Below the pieces are notes generated by a model that was not told the origin of the DNA, ran no database searches, and saw only the letters and a list, made by a program, of their open reading frames with translations. This document shows, piece after piece, positions 59,839-64,000 of a DNA stretch of 64,000 nt. Made by a program: the position numbers and the translations under genes. The DNA comes from an archaeon (GTDB lineage: Archaea > Nanobdellota > Nanobdellia > Pacearchaeales > GW2011-AR1): contig JABHZE010000006.1 in the NCBI GenBank assembly GCA_018653485.1, forward strand, positions 196,491-260,490, given 5' to 3'. Positions within the stretch are counted from its first letter, which is position 1. Each line of letters opens with the position of its first letter.

Positions 59839-60762
59839 TTATCCTTGCTTCTTTAAAAACCAACAATAAGTTTTATCTAAGCCTTCATCAATGCTTGTTT
59901 CAGGTTTCCAGCTTAATTTCTCTTTGATTTTGTTGTAGTTTAGGCAACTTCTTTTTTGTTCACCTTTTTTCATTGGTTGGTAATCTGGATTGAATTTATT
60001 GTTGAAATAATTATTAAGTTTTGTGAATAATTCTATTATATCTGTTTCTTGGCTTGTTCCTATGTTATATGTGTTTGATCCTCTGTCATTTAATGCTAAT
60101 AGATTTGCTTTTACAACATCATCAACATAAACAAAATCTCTTGATTGTATTCCTCCAAAAATTGAAAGGGGTTGGTTTGCAAACATTTTGTCTAGAAAAA
60201 TTGAGACTACTCCTGCTTCTCCTTTTGAGTTTTGTCTTGGACCATAGACATTACTATATCTTAGAATTGTGTATTTTAGATTATGAACTTTATTATAGAA
60301 ATTAAGATATTTTTCTATTGTTAATTTAGCACAGCCATAAGGTGAGATTGGTTTTTCATTATGAGTTTCTTGTGTTGGAATTGATTTTGTGTCGCCATAT
60401 ATTGCCCCTCCTGTTGATGAGAAGATGAAATGTTGAACATTGAATTCCTTAGCTAATTCTAATAATTTTAATGTCGAGATTATATTTATTTTAGCATCTT
60501 CAATAGGATTTTCAACTGATTTTCTAACATCAATTTGTGCTGCTAAATGATAAATTATCTCTGGTTTGTGTTTTTTGAAAACTTCTAGTAATTCATAAGT
60601 ATTTCCTAAATCTATTTCATAGAAATTTGCTTTAAGGTTTATGTTTTCTCTTTTTCCTGTTGAAAGATTATCTATGATTACTATGTTATGCCCTTTTTTT
60701 ATAAGTGCGTCTGTAATATGGCTTCCAATAAAGCCTGCACCTCCTGTAATTAATATGTTCAT
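59839..60762 (-). CDS. NAD-dependent nucleotide-sugar epimerase/dehydratase (GalE-like SDR)
   Basis: ILITGGAGFIGSH and the catalytic YGCAK (YxxxK). Confidence 0.88.
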   Translation of the reverse strand: MNILITGGAGFIGSHITDALIKKGHNIVIIDNLSTGKRENINLKANFYEIDLGNTYELLEVFKKHKPEIIYHLAAQIDVRKSVENPIEDAKINIISTLKLLELAKEFNVQHFIFSSTGGAIYGDTKSIPTQETHNEKPISPYGCAKLTIEKYLNFYNKVHNLKYTILRYSNVYGPRQNSKGEAGVVSIFLDKMFANQPLSIFGGIQSRDFVYVDDVVKANLLALNDRGSNTYNIGTSQETDIIELFTKLNNYFNNKFNPDYQPMKKGEQKRSCLNYNKIKEKLSWKPETSIDEGLDKTYCWFLKKQG

Positions 60763-60784
60763 TTTAGAATGTGACTTTTTTGAT

Positions 60785-61675
60785 TTAATAGGTTATCTGT
60801 AGTTCTTTGAATAGTATTGGTTTGCTTTCTTTAGTTAATTGTTCTAAGGATGGTGTGAATGGTTTTTCTAAATCTTCTGGAATGTTTGAACCTATTGATA
60901 ATTTTATTCCTCTTTTTGCAAATTCTTTTTCATATTTTGATTGATTTTGAGAGAGTTCAACAAGAATCGAGGCTCCTAAATGTGGTGTGAACATGAGAGG
61001 GATATGTAATGGTGAAAAATCTCCATCAACAAATCCAATGCCATCTGGGTCTGCAAAATAATGTTTATTAAAATGAAATTCTAATTTTCCTGGTTTAGTT
61101 TTAAGTAACATAAATGTTCCTAATTGAGCTTCTAGGTTTTTATGTGCAGAATTCATTAAAAGTTTTCCATCTGAATCTTTTTCTTGATTTGCAATATCAT
61201 GAGTTATAAGGGGATTTGAGTCAAGGTTAAAAAAGGTCATGTTATCTTCTGTTCCTACAATTACTTTTCCCCTATCTGGTAATATATGGAGGGTTGTTTC
61301 TTTTGGATTTCTTAATAACATTGCACCAAAGCCATGGAATTCATAGATTTCTTGAAATCTTCTTGTATCTCCTTTTTCTTTTTGAGTGTGGGTATGTCCA
61401 AAAGTACATCCCATTATTGTGTATCCTTGATGTTCTGGAAAATTTGGTAAAAATGTTTGATGAGGGATTCTCATATCCACTTTATCTTTATCTGCAAAAA
61501 AATAAGTCTCTTCATCAGAGTTAAATGGAAAATTACATTCATGATATTCTGGAGAAAATAATGCCTTGATATCTCCCATGGTTCTATGGGTTAATGAGAA
61601 TCCTTGAGATTCTAATTCAGTTAATTTTTGTTGGTATTGTATTCTAAATAATTGTTTAGGTGTTGGTTTTATCAT
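60785..61675 (-). CDS. Cupin-fold protein, possibly a cupin-type sugar-phosphate isomerase
   Basis: GCTFGHTHTQ...FQEIYEFHGFG resembles the cupin metal motif G.....H.H....E......G. The start is set at 61675 to avoid overlapping the upstream gene. Confidence 0.4.
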   Translation of the reverse strand: MIKPTPKQLFRIQYQQKLTELESQGFSLTHRTMGDIKALFSPEYHECNFPFNSDEETYFFADKDKVDMRIPHQTFLPNFPEHQGYTIMGCTFGHTHTQKEKGDTRRFQEIYEFHGFGAMLLRNPKETTLHILPDRGKVIVGTEDNMTFFNLDSNPLITHDIANQEKDSDGKLLMNSAHKNLEAQLGTFMLLKTKPGKLEFHFNKHYFADPDGIGFVDGDFSPLHIPLMFTPHLGASILVELSQNQSKYEKEFAKRGIKLSIGSNIPEDLEKPFTPSLEQLTKESKPILFKELQITY

Positions 61676-61676
61676 T

Positions 61677-62456
61677 TTAAACTTGTGCATAAGCTCTTGT
61701 TTGAGCTGCATCTGCTCCTTGGTAATTTAATGGTGTTGAGTAGAGTAGGAATGGACTACAATTTAATCCTGATTTTAATTTATCTAAATTTACTAAAGTT
61801 TCAAGTAAGAGTGTGTTATTTTTGAAAAAAGCTCTGTGAACTTCTGAATTGCTTCCTGATGGGTCGAATGAGAATGAATCTATTCCCATGAGTCTTAATC
61901 CTAAATTTAATTTTTTTGTTTTTGAAAGAATAAAATCAGCGGCATTTTGGGAGATATAGGGAAATGTTTTTTCAAATTCTAATTTTTGTTGAGGTGTTAA
62001 ATTTTCTCTTGCTTTTACTTTTATTTCATCACAAAATCCTGTATATAATACAATTGCAGTTGTATTTGGGTGAAGTGCGTAAAGTGAACTTTTAATATCT
62101 TTTTCTGTGATTTCTCTTTTATCTCTTTCTAATAAATCTGTATTTGTTAAATCAATTAATGTTGCAGGGTTTATGAATTGGGTTAAGTTATATTGGTCTA
62201 TTGTTTTTCCTTTTTGAAGTTTATGTGCTGGAGCATCTATATGGGTTCCAAGATGATTTCTTAATGTTAATAATGTGTTTCCTGAAGAATATTTTGTGTC
62301 TCCATATCCTGCTCCGCTTCCAAATCCTGATGCATCTAATATTTCTACTGTTTCATCTGTTTCTGTTGCAGGAGTTATTTGTATTTGAGGTTCAGGGTCT
62401 GAAGGATATTTGAACATTCCTTCATGTATTGGATAGGTTAAGTCAATGATTGTCAT
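61677..62456 (-). CDS. Putative cyclase-family (kynurenine formamidase-like) metal hydrolase
   Basis: HLGTHIDAPAH motif. The start is set at MTIIDLTYPI (62456), 1 nt after the upstream stop. Confidence 0.68.
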   Translation of the reverse strand: MTIIDLTYPIHEGMFKYPSDPEPQIQITPATETDETVEILDASGFGSGAGYGDTKYSSGNTLLTLRNHLGTHIDAPAHKLQKGKTIDQYNLTQFINPATLIDLTNTDLLERDKREITEKDIKSSLYALHPNTTAIVLYTGFCDEIKVKARENLTPQQKLEFEKTFPYISQNAADFILSKTKKLNLGLRLMGIDSFSFDPSGSNSEVHRAFFKNNTLLLETLVNLDKLKSGLNCSPFLLYSTPLNYQGADAAQTRAYAQV

Positions 62457-62457
62457 T

Positions 62458-63723
62458 TTATTGGTATTCTCCTGTTTGATTACCTGGATCATTTGGAGGG
62501 TGTTGTTCATATATTCTATGAATTGCATTAAGATTTTTTATTGAACGCTTAAAACTTGTTCTTGGGTCTTGTCCATGTATGATTGCATTATAGAACTGAT
62601 GCATAATGTTTTGATATTCATTTGATTGTGGAGAAGAATCACTATGCCATTCCTTACCTTTACTATCTGTTACTGTTCCTTTTGAGAAATCAATAGTAAC
62701 TGTTGTTTCTTTATTTGAATTTCTTTTTCTAAATGTTACATTGAATTCTTTACTATCTTTTTTTATTGGTTGTTTAAATCTGTCAATAAATTTTCCAAAA
62801 GTAAATTTTCCTTGTGCATCATTATGAAATAATTCTCCTTCTAAACCAAAATTTGTTTTTACATATGTTTCAACATCATATGCCCAACAACCTGGATGTC
62901 CTGGATAAATACTGTATTTTGTATCTCCAATTTTTGTAACATCTCCTCCAATATTACTAATAACTCCAAATAAATGAACCCCCATATCTAATAATAATCC
63001 TGTTTGATTGTGGGTAGATAATAATGCTCTTGTTCTTTGTTTTTCAGGGTCGTCTTTTTCAAAAGTGTGTGCTTCAATATGTGAGATTCTTCCATAGTCT
63101 GCAACCATTTCTCCTAATTTTTCATAAAAAGTTATTGTTGCTTTTTTTGCAGAGTAATGTTCTGCATCCATTAAAACAAGTCTATCTGTTCTTTTTTCAG
63201 CATGTTTAACAATATGTTCTAATTCATTTAATTGAGTTCTATCGGGATTATGATTTTTATCTGTAACAACTACTAATGGTTTTTCACAGACAATGTGTTT
63301 TCCTTGATTTATTAAATCTGTAAAATAAGTTAGATGAAATGGATTTGCAACAAAAACTATTGCAGCATCATAATCTGCATTAATATTACTTACTCCATTT
63401 TGAGTGTTGAAAAAATCTAAATCATTATTTGTGAATCCGACCACTGTATCAAGACAAGAACCCATTTCTGCAAAAGTATTTGCTTGTCTCCAGTTTTTGC
63501 CTTCTTTTATTGCATGAGTTCTTTTTTCTATTTCTGTTAATAATCTTTTAGCAGCATCTTCTTGATCTTTTTCTCTTCCTGCAACACTTACTAAATCAAA
63601 GTAATTAGAAATTCCGTCTCTAAAAATTGCTGGAAAGAATTTTGCTAATGCCCATTCAGAAGTATATCCAAAAGCCATTGCTTTTATTTTTTCTTGTTCT
63701 GAATTTTTTTGTTTCATAAACAA
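62458..63723 (-). CDS. Gfo/Idh/MocA-like oxidoreductase
   Basis: AAIVFVANPFHLTYFTDLINQGKHIVCEKPL contains the EKP motif. The N-terminal Rossmann region is atypical. Confidence 0.55.
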   Translation of the reverse strand: MFMKQKNSEQEKIKAMAFGYTSEWALAKFFPAIFRDGISNYFDLVSVAGREKDQEDAAKRLLTEIEKRTHAIKEGKNWRQANTFAEMGSCLDTVVGFTNNDLDFFNTQNGVSNINADYDAAIVFVANPFHLTYFTDLINQGKHIVCEKPLVVVTDKNHNPDRTQLNELEHIVKHAEKRTDRLVLMDAEHYSAKKATITFYEKLGEMVADYGRISHIEAHTFEKDDPEKQRTRALLSTHNQTGLLLDMGVHLFGVISNIGGDVTKIGDTKYSIYPGHPGCWAYDVETYVKTNFGLEGELFHNDAQGKFTFGKFIDRFKQPIKKDSKEFNVTFRKRNSNKETTVTIDFSKGTVTDSKGKEWHSDSSPQSNEYQNIMHQFYNAIIHGQDPRTSFKRSIKNLNAIHRIYEQHPPNDPGNQTGEYQ

Positions 63724-63789
63724 TATAATTCTAAAAATAATTTATTACTTGTCAATATTTTTTTTATATAAAATATAATGGTAGAGAAA

Positions 63790-63882
63790 TATAGGGAGGG
63801 ATGTGAGGGATATATAATATAGTGGGGTGGTGGGGGATATTGTGAGGTGAAAGGAGGGATTTAGGGATGGTGGTTAGGGTTT
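63790..63882 (+). other. G-tract-rich island in an otherwise AT-rich genome
   Basis: AGGGAGGGATGTGAGGGATAT...GTGGGGTGGTGGGGGATATTGTGAGGTGAAAGGAGGGATTTAGGGATGGTGGTTAGGG. Confidence 0.6.
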
Positions 63883-64000
63883 TGTTGATTTGTTAATGAG
63901 AATTTAATTAAATGTTAAGGTTATAATCAGAAATAAGATAATTGAAAAATAAATTTAATAAAAAATAAAATTAGTCTTCTGTGAAAAGATTGAAATGTTC

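Noticed and set aside
1-64000. Search for CRISPR arrays, rRNA genes, transposases or integrases, and further tRNAs
   Set aside because: I saw no regularly spaced direct repeats with unique spacers, no rRNA-like GC-rich conserved blocks, and no DDE or tyrosine/serine recombinase motifs. The remaining short antisense track ORFs (for example 283-471, 14648-14833, 19015-20278, 24254-24582, 43086-43286 and 60054-63209) were treated as shadows.

Overview
This is an AT-rich (about 30% GC by eye), gene-dense chromosomal segment from an archaeon that uses the standard genetic code. The archaeal assignment rests on aRF1, TFS, RpoL, NAC, Sec61-beta, L41e, family-B DNA polymerase, FEN1, RFC small and large subunits, RadB, CDC48 and archaeal-type signal peptidase. 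The small proteins, very short intergenic spacers, ATGA-overlapping gene pairs and many orphan ORFs suggest a reduced-genome, DPANN-like organism; that is inference only. I call about 80 CDS, including two small genes the ORF track missed: Sec61-beta at 7327-7503 and ribosomal protein L41e at 57868-57978. There is one intact tRNA-Lys(CUU). I found no rRNA, CRISPR array or transposase. The only clearly selfish genes are a RelE-type toxin/antitoxin pair and a free-standing NUMOD3+HNH endonuclease at 58.0-59.7 kb. The most unusual observations are: (1) the tRNA-Lys locus, where the intact gene sits between interrupted partial copies of its own 5' and 3' ends, and the only well-placed TATA box serves the 5' fragment; (2) local tandem duplications that copy gene 3' ends, namely the valS tail plus promoter plus an HTH gene, and the tfs tail plus terminator hairpin three times at an exact 56-nt period; (3) an RFC operon with two unrelated small genes translationally coupled between rfcS and rfcL; (4) candidate structured RNA or MITE-like elements at 1.8, 30.2 and 41.3 kb; (5) a glycine-rich peptide plus a cysteine-rich surface protein downstream of cdc48; (6) an MTAP-APRT fusion, a split MetRS and a split RsmF-like methyltransferase; (7) a signal-peptide protein with a beta-barrel-like C-terminus. 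All functional calls come from motif recognition by eye. No database search was run.
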